A DNA stretch of 64,000 nucleotides, taken from positions 435,302,001 to 435,366,000 of the forward strand of contig JBNRSN020000003.1 of NCBI GenBank assembly GCA_051313645.2, given 5' to 3'. A model generated the notes under the pieces. The model did no database searches. It was given only the letters and a program-made list of their open reading frames with translations, and was not told the DNA's origin. Below, one piece after another: positions 12,124-24,993 of this stretch. The position numbers and the translations under genes are program-made. Numbering within the stretch: position 1 is the first letter of the stretch; each line of letters starts with the position of its first letter. The DNA comes from Centroscyllium fabricii (lineage: Eukaryota).

Positions 12124-12402
12124 CGAGGTCGACTTGGGATCGGGCGTTCTAGACTAGCAGGCCGGGGCTAGAGAGTGGTGAACCTGTGGAATTCTCTACC
12201 ACAGAGGGCAGTTGAGGCCAATTCATTAAATATATTCAAGAAGGAGTTAGATATATTTCTTAAAGCTAAAGGGATCGAGGGATATGGGGAGAAAGCAGGG
12301 ACAGGGTACTGGGTTTGGATGATCAGCCATGATCTCATTGAAAGGCGGAGCAGGCTCGAGGGGCCGAATGGCCGACTTCTGCTCCTATCTTCTATGTTTC
12401 TA
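9810..12402 (+). mobile_element. Younger CR1 LINE (HER1-like), 5'-truncated, with RT and 3' tail
   Basis: ORFs 10153-12435 carry KSPGPDNLHPRVLKE, SQHGFTKGKSCLTN, YLDFQKAFDKVPH, GVPQGSVLGP and KFADDTK. The tail (ctcctatcttctatgtttcta) matches the HE1 SINE tails in this window. Confidence 0.96.
11946..12167 (-). mobile_element. 5S rRNA-derived SINE (SINE3-type), 222 bp
   Basis: The minus strand contains CTCGGAAGCTAAGCAGAGTCAGGCCTGGTCAGTACTTGGATGGGAGACC (5S internal promoter region) and a GAAGAAG tail. Perfect 12-bp TSD CTAGAGAGTGGT at 11934-11945 and 12168-12179. Confidence 0.88.
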
Positions 12403-12767
12403 AAAAAGAAACATATGGGATCATCGGTTTTATAAATAGAGGCACAAAAGCAAGGAAGGTATGTCAAAGCTTCCTAAAATCACTGGTTAGGACTCAGCTG
12501 GAGTACTGTGTCCACTTCTGGGCACTACACTATATGCTATATAAATGCAAATTGCTGGTATTAATTTTAATGGACAAAAAATTGTGGGCAGTGCATTCCC
12601 AAAGTTCTGATTGTCACTCCCAGCAGGCGAATATCTAGGCCATTATGTTAGTTGATTCTTCAGTGAACGAGATACAAGGCTATGTTGGATCTTGCAATGT
12701 TGAAGTTTATTATGGCCCTACTGCTTCTTGGTTATAACCACCCCAAATGAAACAAAAAAATCCTTAC

Positions 12768-12858
12768 CATTTTTGAACTCAATCTCCAATTCGTCAGGAG
12801 TGCTTGAAGACTTCACTGGGTCAACTGTCATCATAAACATACCATCTGGTGCATGATT
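12768..12858 (-). CDS. ASS1: Argininosuccinate synthase coding exon (91 bp): NHAPDGMFMMTVDPVKSSSTPDELEIEFKN(G)
   Basis: ctgacag|AATCATGCA...AAAAATG|gtaagg. Homologous to human [31 protein letters not shown] with the same length and phase. Confidence 0.96.
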
Positions 12859-13439
12859 CTGTCAGGTTATTAAAAAAAAAAATCAACTTTTGATAGCATA
12901 TTTATACTTATTGTCAGGCCTCTAAAAACACTTCTATAATTTGACATTAAGATGTGCAGGAGCAAACCTGAGGAAGGAAGGGTGATTGCCTCCTTCTCTG
13001 TTTATTTTCCCATATTCTTCCTCTGTGGAAGGTGACATGAACCTATTTGGTTTATTCAATAAGATGCATTTGCATAACAAAAGCACAAAAAAAATTCCAT
13101 TCCCCAATACAGAGATCCGTAACATGATGTGGGTGGATTGCAAACGAAAAATCATGCTTGATCCCTTACTTAAATCATTTCCCACTGCCCTCCACCCCAT
13201 TTTGAAGTATGCCTGCAGTAATAATTTTTTTTCTTTAAAAAACAAAACAAAAGAGTTGTAAAGCAGATCCCCGTTGGTGGATCTGTACTAAAATTTTACT
13301 TAATTCAGCATTCATTTAAAATGATTTGCTTTGCGGTCCCTGGTTCCCAATTCCACACGAGGACCTGCAAACCAAGGCGTCGAACACTCCTCGTCGCTTC
13401 ACACAAAAAAAGAAAACTGTTTCTGAAGTCAGCACAAAG

Positions 13440-14766
13440 AAAGACTTCCATTTATACAGCGCTTGTCATAACCTCGGGATGTCCAATGTGCTTTACAGCC
13501 TACTTTTGAAATGCAGTCACTTTTGTAATGTAGGAAATGTGGCAGCCAATTTGCCACAAACAGCAATGTGAAAATGACCAATCATTTTTTTTAGTGATGT
13601 TGATTGAGGGATAAATATTGGCCGGGACACCGGGGATAACTCTCCTGCTCTTCTTCGAAATAGTGCCATGGGATTTTTAACGTCCACCTGAGAGCGCAGG
13701 CAAGGCCTCGGTTTGACGTTTCATCCGAAAGACGGCACCTCTGACAGTGCAGCACTCCCTCAATACTGCACTGAAGTACCATAGGGGGGGATTTTCGGAG
13801 GGCCGTGAGGGTGGGTTTCCGGCAGGGGGTAAAATCGCAATTCCGGCGGGCAGGAAGCCACCCCGCCGGATCCCCGCCCATTTGCAATTTTCCTCAGGCG
13901 GGTTTTGCCGCCCCGAATGTTTCCCGCCGGCGGGGATGCAGAATGAGCTCGTTGAGGGCCCTTAATTGGATGGGTAATCTTATTTTAAGGGCTCTCAGCT
14001 ATTTTAGCCCTCTTCCCACCCAAACCCACCTGGTGGGAACTCCGCCGGTGAAAGGCGGTGGGCACCCAGTCGGCTGAGTGTCTGCCACCTTCAAGGCATG
14101 GGCACAGCACCCACACAGCAGCTTGCTAGCCCCCACCATGCTGGAGGTGCAGCTGCCGCCCAAGGGTGGTAAACTTCAGGGCCCCAAAACATAGAAATCA
14201 CTCACCTTTAAATCCCTGCTATTCATATAGAGATCGGCATGCTGCGCTGTCTGTGAGCCAAGCTGTCAATCGCCCAGGGGATCAGTTTCTGCTTACATTC
14301 CATTGAAACCACAAACAAACAGTGAGTGAGTTCAACTGTTTGTTTTGTGGTTTTAGTGTTCTCTTTCATAATGTGACTCACAAAGGCTATGTCAACATGG
14401 AAACAAAGGAACCACTTGAGCACTGTCAATCACGCTTCGTGGTTTCTTACTACTCAGACTATTCAGGCCTGTCAATCAACAGCCCGCCCCACTCAAACTG
14501 TGAATGAAAAGGGCTGAGTTCCCACCCAATAGTGGAAGCCCAGCAGACCAGTGGGGATTTAATTGGCCACTTGAGCCAAAATCGTTTGGGCCTCCCAGGT
14601 CCTTGGGCGGGCGGGACAGAAAGCTGACCCGCCCAAAACCCGACAGCTTCCCACACCTTTTTAAAAATTCCCCCCCATAGATTTTTTATGCTCAAGTCTC
14701 TGGAGTGGGACTTGAACCCACAATCTTCTGACTCAGAGGCGAGTGTACTACCTACTGAACCACGGC
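13440..14766 (-). mobile_element. SacSINE1/Deu-domain-like tRNA SINE, split by Harbinger copy B
   Basis: 13440-13783 and 14677-14766 together are the reverse complement of the SINE at 21576-22050. Confidence 0.85.
13784..14676. mobile_element. Non-autonomous PIF/Harbinger element, family X copy B
   Basis: G7ATTTT / AAAATTC7 TIRs with TSD ATA. The clean interruption of a SINE defines the borders. Confidence 0.9.
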
Positions 14767-15329
14767 AAGTACAGCTGATGGAATAAATCTCATTTTGTGA
14801 AAAAAAACTTTGAATTTTTCTAATTAACTTGCTTGGCAATTTAATGGGAAAATCCTAACTGTTAGTTTTGAAGTAACTATCTATTTTGTGAAAATTTGAG
14901 CATCATGCATTCATTGTCCAGTCCTTAAAATGGATTTCAAAAATGGAACTTGCTGCATTCTCACTTTCATTTTTTCAGTTAACTGACTTCACATTCAGCA
15001 ATAGGTCTTCAAGTGCTGAGCAGTGACCTACACAAAACCTAAAGATTGGTATTAGAACCTGTGACAACGCAGGTTTATCAACAAGAAGCTTCCACTGTAC
15101 ACACGCCATTCAGTAGCCTTTCGTATCACTTGTGGTAGCAGTTGTACTCAAAATAGGACAAAAACAATGAAACAAAAATGGGAAAAAAGTATTTCTTGTA
15201 AGGTATTTATTTATTCACTGTTTTTATGCTCTAATTCTCCATGCATCACAGCCTCTACCAGTGTTGCTCAGTAACCTACATGCTGTGCCATAGAATGGTG
15301 AGATGCAGGTTCACATCTGCAGACGTAAT

Positions 15330-16991
15330 GGGCTGGATTTTATGAACCTTGGCGGGTCCCGACCCCGCTGCTGTCTCAATCCCGGCCTCTGAAATGAATT
15401 TACCTTGATTGGGCTTGTTAAGCCCACCCAACATGTTCTCCGGCCAATAAGAAAAAGCGGATCTGGTGACATCATATGATGTGTCATCAGCCAGTTTCTT
15501 TAAAAGGGACCATGGCCAACTTTCTTTTGACAGTTGTGCTGTCAGTGTTCTACAGCATTGAGGTGCTGCAAACACTGACAAGAACTGCACAGAGGTGCAG
15601 GGCCACACCCAGGTGCTCCCATAATTTCATCCAAATGCTTATGGAGCGAGGCACAGCACACAAGGAGGTCCTCTTCCCTTCCCATGGGCGGAGGAGACCT
15701 CCCTAGATCAACACACATTGCACAGGAGGGCACAAGCAGGGATGTCATCAGGGGGACCTGGCTGCTGCGCTGCAAACGTTTCAAAGATCTCAGTGGATCA
15801 CGAAACGTTAGTACAAAGCCACGCTCAACCTCATCCTGCTGTGCCTCTCATCACATCTATATCATTCCTTACTCACACTAACTTACCTTGCACCTCCACC
15901 CATTCCTCTCTATCTACATTATCACATCCCCATCTCAGTAGCCACCCCTCACACTCGCCCTCATCTTAGTGCAGTCATACCAACTAACAACACACAAGGG
16001 TAGGCACTTGGGTGTTTTAGCCAATGTACATGTAAAGCTTCTTTTAATGTGGTGTCAAACAGTGAAAACTTTATTTTCAACACTTTGTATTCTTGGACAG
16101 ATTTGTGTGCACCTTTGGAAGTGGCTTAGTGAGTTGCAGTGAATGGTGAGACATAACGGTACCCCCGCAATGGTGATGAGTGTGAAAGGAATGGCATTGT
16201 AGGGATGCTTTATGCTGTGGGTGTGGGGTAGTGCCAACCTGACGCATCATGTGGCAGCCAGGGTGTACAGCATCAAAGTGAAGTAAATCTGGCTTGGCAA
16301 GGCCATCCCTGGCCTCCCAGGCAGCAATGGGGTCAGGTGCTGATGCCCTGTGGCCTGTGCAGCATCAGGTGATTGTGGAGAAGGTTGGTGTTATTGTTGG
16401 TGCTGCTGGTGTGCCGGTGTTGGGGCCGATCGTGGTGGGATTCTGAGGGCCAAGGTGAGAGAGTTTCAAGCACACCTATGCTGATGGAATAGATGGTAGG
16501 TGAAGTAGAGATGACAGAAGCGATCTGTCAATGGTGGGAGAGGTAATGAGGTCAGACTGGATGGAGACTTGTGTAAAGACTTGCAGCATCCTGAATCTGT
16601 AGTGGAAATGCAGTTTAGAGAAGCGAGTGGTTACGGGAACATATCTCAATCAGCTGGGAGCTTGGACTTGACATTTGAAGCCGTCAACTAATCAACTGGT
16701 TCAATGGCCACTGACCTCCCGCCTCCGCATCACAGACGAGGTCTCGGCACAGCGGGAAACGGTGGGCAACCTGTCAAAAGCTGTGAAAAAAATTGATAAG
16801 TGGCTGTAAATAAGCCACTAATAATTTTAATTGCCTCTCCCGCCGCTGTGTGTTGGGTCTGCTCAGTGCCGACAGTCCCGACATTTGGTCAAGGCGTGTG
16901 GCTGCAGGTTCACAGCGGGGTCCTGACCCGCTGGGGAAAAAAAAAAACCGTTCCCACCCAAACCGCCACTAACCCCCGCAAAATCCAGCCC
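15330..16991. mobile_element. Internally deleted PIF/Harbinger transposon with a decayed Myb/SANT gene (+) and a probable transposase C-terminal remnant (-)
   Basis: Perfect 12-bp TIR GGGCTGGATTTT / AAAATCCAGCCC, flanks AAT/AAC. ORF pieces RATPRCSHNFIQML...HKEVLFPSHGRRRPP and GTWLLRCKRFKDL. The minus strand near 16290-16330 reads IAAWEARDGL, like a Harbinger transposase end. Confidence 0.8.
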
Positions 16992-17074
16992 AACGAGATG
17001 AAAATCTCAGCTTTCCCGTTGTGGAGAAAGAGTAAGCAGAGTCTGCAAGTTATCCCGTAGAGAAAAAGGCAAAA

Positions 17075-17360
17075 TCCAGAAGCTGGGGTGGGAAAAAGGA
17101 GAGTGAGAGAGAGGGATGGAAAAGAGAGAGAGATGGAAATGAGAAAGAAAAGGATGGAAATGAAAGAGAGAGAGAGAAAAATAAATGAGGGGGGGAGAAA
17201 GAAAGAGAGAGAGAGGGAAGAGAGAGCGAGAGAAAGAAATGAGAGAGGAGGGGGAAGAGAGAGAAAGAAAGAAATGACGGGGGGGGGGGGGGGGGGGAGA
17301 ATGAGAGAGGGAGGAACAGAAAGGGAGAGAAAAAAAAAGAACTGGAAAAAAAAGTGAAGA
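17075..17360. repeat. Purine-rich (GA) low-complexity tract with a G-run; duplicate at 27770-28055
   Basis: Visible directly as gagaga/gaaa/ggg composition. Confidence 0.9.
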
Positions 17361-17794
17361 AACACACCCACCCCAGGGCTGCTCGGCATCTCTTTAGCAG
17401 TGGGCTACAAAATAGTACTGGCAAAGTCTCAGTAGAATTGCTGCCCTTTTACTGAGACAGTCTGATCTGGAAAGCTTGAAGGAAATAATTATACACCTTA
17501 CAACAACCACCAAAATGGGGCTGGGGGGGAAACGGACATTTTGTTTCATTTACTGATTGAATCAATTACTGATACAGGTATTTAGGACCTAGTAACAAAT
17601 GCTTTTTTCCCCTCAGTTGAAGAGAAAGTTTTAGTAAATATGAAAGATGATGTGAGACCCGTAATTGCTGCAAAATAATAACCCTTCCCAGCCTAAATGA
17701 AATTAGGGTAAAAAAAATCCAAGTTGTTTTATTCAAAACAAAATGTTCTCTGTATTCCTAGGCTACCCATTTTCAAGATACTGTAGCTTTCAAA

Positions 17795-17998
17795 TGTAAG
17801 AGGTCTCACAACACCAGGTTATAGTCCTACAGTTTTATTTGAAACCACAAGCTTTCGGTGCGTTACTCCTTCACCTAATGAAGGAGCAGCGCTCCGAAAG
17901 CTTGTGATTTCAAATAAAACTGTTGGGACTATAACCTGGTGTTGTGTGACTTCTTACATTTGTCCACCCCAGTCCAACACCGGCACCTACACATCATG
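17795..17998 (+). mobile_element. Penelope-like element end with an inverted 5' copy (short foldback); duplicate at 28490-28693
   Basis: TGAAGGAGCAGCGCTCCGAAAGCTTG core and AATAAA. TSD TAGCTTTCAAA at 17784-17794 and 17999-18009. Confidence 0.82.
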
Positions 17999-20900
17999 TA
18001 GCTTTCAAAATAGAGATCAAAATTAAAAAATATTCCAGCTGTGTACTCTGGCTGTTGAGTTCTGCTTTTCATCCAGAACTTTGGTAGCAGGAACCCAGAT
18101 ATGAACTGTAAAAGGCAGTGGTCTAATAAGAGCAATCCACGCATTGATTAAACTGAGCTCCACTACAATTTTAGCTCCATCGGTTATGGTTCTTTTTAAA
18201 TTGAAACACAAGCATGCTTCTTTAAGTGTCGGAGGGGAAATAATTGTTGCAATAATTCGGACGTTACTGCAACTTGAAAACAATACTGTCGTATCCCTAG
18301 CGATTAGTACCATTAGGGTTAAACAAAAATTCCTAGTACTGTCTGCTTTAAAAACAATTAAAATAATTTTTTTTGAAAAACTTAGATCATCAACGACATG
18401 CAAATGTTGGTTCAGAGAACTTTTTCTTTCCCTGTAATTGTACTGGTACCTGTAGTACAAAAATAAAAAGCCTGTCTCAAGCTGAAAATATCATATCTGC
18501 TCCCAATGAATATATAGGTTTTTAAAATCGTAAAATAATTTGTTTCTTTACAACTGGTAACCTTGTGCCATAGTTAAAAATCATGCCTTTAATTCCCCAT
18601 AAGTTGATTTCATCTCATCCTTTGACACGTTCTCAGCTGGAGTTAGAGTAGTCTTAGAGGAACAAGTCAAGCAAGAAGCAAAGCCTGCAGTTGATATAAA
18701 ATGTGAGTTGATTTGGTATTGAATGAAAACCCATGCAGATCTATGACCTTGGCAGATGTCTGACCACCACACTTTATTTTTAAAAATGGGCACTTTGTGT
18801 GACTGTGATAGGACAGTTTAAGATGGAGCCATTTAGAGGACGATTCTGTGTCAATAGAATGCTTTATTTAAGGTACTGGCATTAATCACAGCATGGGGGA
18901 TGGTCCATCTTTAAAAAAAACTCTAATAGCCTGGCTAGATGGGAAGAATCCCCATTATAAATTGTGTCAAACATTTGCAGAAAACCTTAAATGTCTTCTC
19001 ATTAGCAACAGTGCAAATGAAATGAACGAGGGATAAGCAAAGCAACACAGTAACGGGAGGTAATCAGCGCGAGAGCAATTTATTTTGGGAATTTGTTTAA
19101 CAGCCAAAAATTGTCTTCACCGTAGATCAAAAGTTCGTATTTATAAACAAAATGACTAAAATGTTTAAAATGGATCAACCAAAAAAAAGCAGCTTTCCTC
19201 AACAAAATCTCAGTTTGCTCAAGTAGTTTACTCAGCAAAGGGAGTCAGAGGGAAAAAAATCAAGGCATTTACTTTTGACTTTATAGTAAATATGGTTCTG
19301 TAAAGTTGATCTTATTAAAAAAAGGTTTTGAAAAAGATCTCTAAAACAACCCTTCAGCCACCTGAATCAATTTTTGCTACTATGTAGCAGGGTGCTTTAC
19401 AAAACAGTCAGGAATCTCCTGTGCTGTTATCAGGAAATTATTCCTAGGAAACACAAAATTCCTATAAAAAGGCACAGAGACTTCTACAAGCATTAAAACA
19501 GTTGCCATACAGATGTACCTTAGTGTTAAAAAGGGCAAGTCTTAAAATTAAAGGAAAATAACCAGCTTGGAATGGGTTAGCAGAGTCACAATCATCAATT
19601 CATTCTCATACTGTGAGGGAAAGAACAGTTTTAATGCAATGTCATGGGACAACCAGTTTGGAGAATCACTACTTTTCTTTAAAAAATAAACCACCTAATT
19701 TGTCTCTACACAGGAAATTTTTACTTGGGATGAACCATAACACTGATTTTATCCATCCTCTCATGGCAAGTAAAACAATTTGGTCCAGTTCACCACATTA
19801 GATTCCTCATCTTTCCTTTGCCACACCATCGATAATTCTCTCGTCTACATTAATGAGGGAAGTAATTTGTCTGTATTCACCACAATTGTTATCGCGTCTC
19901 GGTTGTGTAATGCAAACAACCATAGTTGGCCACACCACCTTAGGTTTGTGTCACATAACAATAGGGCACATTAACTTGGAGGGGCTGGCTTTCAAGTTGT
20001 GGAAATATGATAGATCAACAAGAAATATATAAAATTCCACTATTTGGCAAGCCAATGGATCAAAGGAATTTTGCTTGGGTTGGTGTTGAGACCGTCACAA
20101 ATTTGCAGAACAATGGTGATGAATGTTGGATCACCAAATTACTAATCTCACCACTGCTGAGTGGAGGCCAGATGTTTCCTTATAAGTGAAAGAGCGAGGA
20201 GGAAACACACTTCAAGTTAAATGTCATGTTTTTTTATGTACATTACTTAATTTTCTTAATTAATGGTAGCTGCAGTCTTGATCTGAACAAAATCCAGCTC
20301 AGATTTTGTCATCTTTAGAAAAGATGACTTTAGCAAAATCAGTGTCTATAGGGCAACTCTCCCTCATAAAATAAGAAATGATATGGCATGAATGGATATA
20401 CATAAGATTATGGCATTCAACTTCGCTTCCCCCACCACATCCTTACAAATGTATATGATCTATCTACAAAAGTTTTTTGTTTGCGAGCACTGCCCAATGG
20501 CAGCCAGACACTACCCCACAGGAAGAGGCATTAAAACTGATTATTGTTCTCCTTAGAAGCTAGAATAGACCTATTGCACAAATGCATTCCCTTGCCTTTC
20601 TTTGCTGAAGCTCATAAGAGGGAACAGAATGGGGGGGGGGGGGGGCGGGGGGAAACAAAAGCCATGGTGAGCTCCAAATTACAGTTTTAAAATGTAAGTT
20701 AGACAGGAGGTAAAAGAAGCCATATGGGAAGAAAACCATTTTTATTGTCTTCCATTCTGAAGTTTCTTTAAATTGAGGCTGCAAACTTTAGGTTTGTAAT
20801 TGTTTTAGAAATTTCGGAGGTGAGTGATGACAAATCAGGTAGTGAATCGTCCACACACAGTTCTGAGACAGTGGTTAACAGCTGGTACAAAAGTGCCATT

Positions 20901-21575
20901 GTAATTTGGTTTGTGAACAGATCACCTACCCTCTTGGCCAGATAATGGTATGTTTCTGACTTCATTGCTGTTGATGAATTCCCTGCAACTGCTGAATTAT
21001 ATGTGAATCATGGAGTCTGTAACAGGATCGAGTAGGAGCTGTGCCCAATCTAGTTGTTGCTCATAAACAGAGCACATCAGACAACAGCCAGTCCAAATAG
21101 AATCAGACTTCTCTCTCTCGAAATTTTATGTCAATTGCCCATTCGATATTGAGCTTGGTTTCATAAAGTAACAGGTTAACAAATCAATGGTGTTCTTATA
21201 TGGTGAAATCTGGCCCACAAGATCATGTGTATAAGCGCCTCCTCTAATTTACAATTCATTTCAAAATATTTCTGAAAGATAGAGCAGCACATCAATCCCT
21301 CTTCAATATTTAAGGGGCATAAAAACCATGAATAACAGTGCAATTCATGCACAATATTTTACACTGTTCAAGAGGATAGGTTATTCATACACCTGGTCAA
21401 TTGAGGTCAACTCTTGTAACTAATCCAAGTTCCAAGATAAACTTTAACACAATCTAGCACTGCGGCAAATAAGATTCAATCTGAAATTTTAAGTTGGAGG
21501 GACACCTACTATTTTCAAAATCCAAATGTTATAAAGAATTATGATTAACTTTCTTCTTGTTTTATTCCACCCTTG

Positions 21576-22050
21576 AGTGTTTCAGCTGTGGCTCAGAGGG
21601 TAGCACACTTGTCTCGGAGTCAGAAGATTGTGGGTTCAAGTCCCACTCCAGGGACATGAGCACATAAAGCTAGGCTGACACTCCCAGTGCAGTGCTGAGG
21701 GAGTGCTGCACTGTCAGAGGTGCCGTCTTTCGGATGAGACATTAAACCGAGGCCCCGTCTGCGCTCTCAAGTGGACGTAAAAGATCCCTTGGCACTATTT
21801 CAAAAAAGAGCAGGGGAGTTATCCCCGGTGTCCCAGACAATATTTACCCCTCAATCAACATAACAAAAACAGATGGAATTTATCACATTGCAGTTTGTGT
21901 GCGCAAATTGGCTACCGCGTTTCCCACATTACAACAGTGACTACACTCCAAAAAAGTACTTCATTGGCTGTGAAGCGCTTTGAGACTTTTGGTGGTCATG
22001 AAAGGCGCTTTACTTTATAAATGTAATTCTATCTTTCTTTCTTTCTTTCA
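21576..22050 (+). mobile_element. SacSINE1/Deu-domain-like tRNA SINE, full length; duplicate at 32271-32745
   Basis: A box TGGCTCAGAGGG, B box GGTTCAAGTCC, Deu-like core (gagtgctgcactgtcagaggtgccgtctttcggatgagac) and L2-like tail (gaaaggcgct...tataaatg). Confidence 0.88.
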
Positions 22051-24993
22051 ACAGCAAACACCGAATTGGTAACATCACGGGGAAGGGGTTCTGGCTTGAA
22101 GGTATTGATGGCTTGTGTGGTAGTTCAACTCCATTGTATTGTCAGGCTCAGAAACAAGCTAGCTGAGATTGCAATGGTCATTAGTCATAATTCTTTGCAA
22201 AAAGTTTGCTAAAAAAAATGGTTGCAATAGTGAGCTACCCTCTAAATAACAGCATTAACTGGCACAGTCGGTCACAAAAAAGGTCAAACTTTTGAAAATC
22301 AAGGTGTGGTAGAAGATAGAATACGGGTTTATGTCTACAACTCTCCACAGTAAGTTCTTGACCAAAGCCATACAGCAAAGGGAGGTGCAGAACAGAGACA
22401 AGGTGCTCACTCTCCTGACCATTGGGACAGGAATTAACCATGGTTTGCATCACTATGGTCTGCTCTGGTTTCTCTTCGGATAGCAGGAAAAGCATCAACA
22501 GAGGCTTGGCTAGAAAACTGTGTGCAACACGGAGCAGGATAGTAGATACATTTCTGGACATAATAATTTGCATTTTTCCCCCTTCTCTAGGCTTCCCTTA
22601 CCCATAATTTGACAATGAGGACAGTCAAGTGATCAGTTCACAGTCTTATGTCAATATAGCTATGGACTGGTCACTAAGAGATGTGTGAAAGTAGCTATGG
22701 TACATTAGCTGCAAATTTCCCCTTCCTGCAAGGTAATAAATGGCTTTTACTCCCTGCTTCCAATGATAACCAATGCCAGGAATTTGTGTATAGAAACACT
22801 GGTGCCAACCATGGCCTTACCACGTCATTGCACAATGTGTTAAAATGGGACCCAAGCAAGTTTCTTACTGTTCCCAATCAGAGACTAGAAAATCAAATAA
22901 ATCAAAAAGAGCTCCAATATTATGCCTTGAAAAATAGCTTTCAGCTGAAATGCCATGCTGCTATGTTATATCTGCAGGTACAGTTCCACTGTGTAATTTG
23001 TCACGATAAATAGGTTTTTTTCTTCTGAGACTCTCGCTTCCCCATCTCAATCTGTTGACATTTTTGACACTATGCCAATTGCCGTAAGTTGCACAGTTAT
23101 AAAAACTGCAGCATACATGTTCAGTTTAGAAACAGAGTGGCATCATTTGTTTGTCTAAGGAAGTCAGGGAAAAACAAGGTACACAAGGGGGAAAAGCAGT
23201 TTTAGCAAACACTGTATATATAATAAGTCACGTGGCAGTATAATGAGTCAGGGACTAAGCAGGAGCATTACATCTTATTCAAAGAGCCCAAATTTTTGAA
23301 AGTTAATCTGGATCCTTTAGGCCATGCTGTGATTTCCATTAGATTATTCACTGTTTTACAGATTGTAGCAGGATGCTACAAGAGAATTACGTACTACGCA
23401 ACAATTTTTAAGTAGTGCTTAAAAAAACCACACAGAATGGCAATAAAGCCTAGAAGGAAAAATCATTTTCTTTATCGATTCGCTGGATGAGTTTGATGTT
23501 CCAATCTCTGTCATTTTGCGAATGACACATAATTACTATCAGTGAACTTCACTGGTAACTGTAGGGTTAATGCTAGCTACCATGTACTGAGCCAAGAAAA
23601 ACGAATTAAAGAGAACTGATGTGAACATATTGAACTGAAACATTAGACTTACTTTATATATATTTTATTTAAACACAATAACCAGTCTCTTCCTGCATAT
23701 AGAAAGTTTACTTAAATTATTTTTTTCTCTTTACCAAACATTGAAAGAAAAATTCATATCGTCTCCTATTTGAATCTGACCCCAACTACTTCTTAAAATG
23801 AAAATATACCGCTGCTCGATCAGCTTTCCTTGATTGCTCAGTGTTCTGCTTGCTGTAGTTCAAAAAAAACAAATCGTTTTGTACACTGTATCACTGCGTT
23901 CCATTTAGCCCTCACTGTAGGAGGCCAGACTGCAATGTCAGCCTCAGAGAATCTGAAGAAAGTCTACCCAGAAAGGGGTGAAGAGAAGAAATTGGAGGCA
24001 AATGGGCCGTGAACTAAACCATCATGTAGAGCTATCGATGCTGATAACATTTATTCAATCGCCTGATATTGTTGAGCTTGGCCTGAATGAAGTCTTTCAG
24101 GGTGCTGCATGAAGTTAAAGCAAGTAAATTTCTATCTTTTTCTGCATTAGCTGCCTCATTGCCCTTCAATCGGCCTCACAAAAGCAGAAAATGGTTATAC
24201 CATCTGCTTTCAATTCTCTGTAGCCAAATGTTCTTGTTGCGCCACTGCACACATTCAGAACAGTTCCCCTCCCCACCCCAGCAGCCCCCCCCCCCCTCCC
24301 CGCCACCATCACCACCAAGTATTAGCCTGCGGGCATGCCTAGAGCCCCGCTGCAAAGTAAATAGGCCTGATCAAAGAAGTTTGTGTTCATCAAAATAAAA
24401 CATTTTCTTTTTAAACTCTGATTTTAAGACCGATTACAATTGGGTTGATAAAAATATAAACAATTTAATTCCACCCCCTCACCCCAATAAGTGTTACAAA
24501 AATCACTAGACCTCGAAGCAACACAGACAAGGGCAGCAAAAGCAGCAGTTTCTTCAATTAAACAGGAACATAATTGTGTTAATTTGTACTTGTAGGACAT
24601 GTATGATTAGCTATTAATTAGAACTCTTCCAAATGTATAACTGTCAATTGCTTTTAATCTAAAAAAAATCCAAGCCAGTATGAATTAAAAAAACGATATT
24701 TACTGAAAGATCCCCAGGACTCAAGTTGCTGCTCTCTGGTAGTTACCAACAGTTCCCTATCACTAGGAAAGAAATAGCTTTGATTAGACCAGGAGTTATA
24801 GAAAAGTTAAAAAATCATAATTATATGTATTTAGGGTGTGCCATGAAAGATTTCTTAAATTTTACAATTATTTCTAGCAGCACAAATTCAGACTACCTGT
24901 TGATCTCACACCAGGACTAATTAGAATTGAACTACTGCACAAGAAACTGTTTACCAATTTCCTGTTCCAGCTCGACCTAGCTTGTTTCATGTT

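Noticed and set aside
11990-12167. Functional 5S rRNA gene
   Set aside because: The 5' and 3' ends diverge from 5S, there is no oligo-T terminator after the head, and it is flanked by a TSD inside a LINE.
16910-17424. Hydrophobic or charged ORFs of 89-159 aa
   Set aside because: They are translations of the GA/CT low-complexity tract.
21585-21652. tRNA gene
   Set aside because: It is the tRNA-like head of a SINE and continues directly into the SINE body; the same applies to the HE1 heads.
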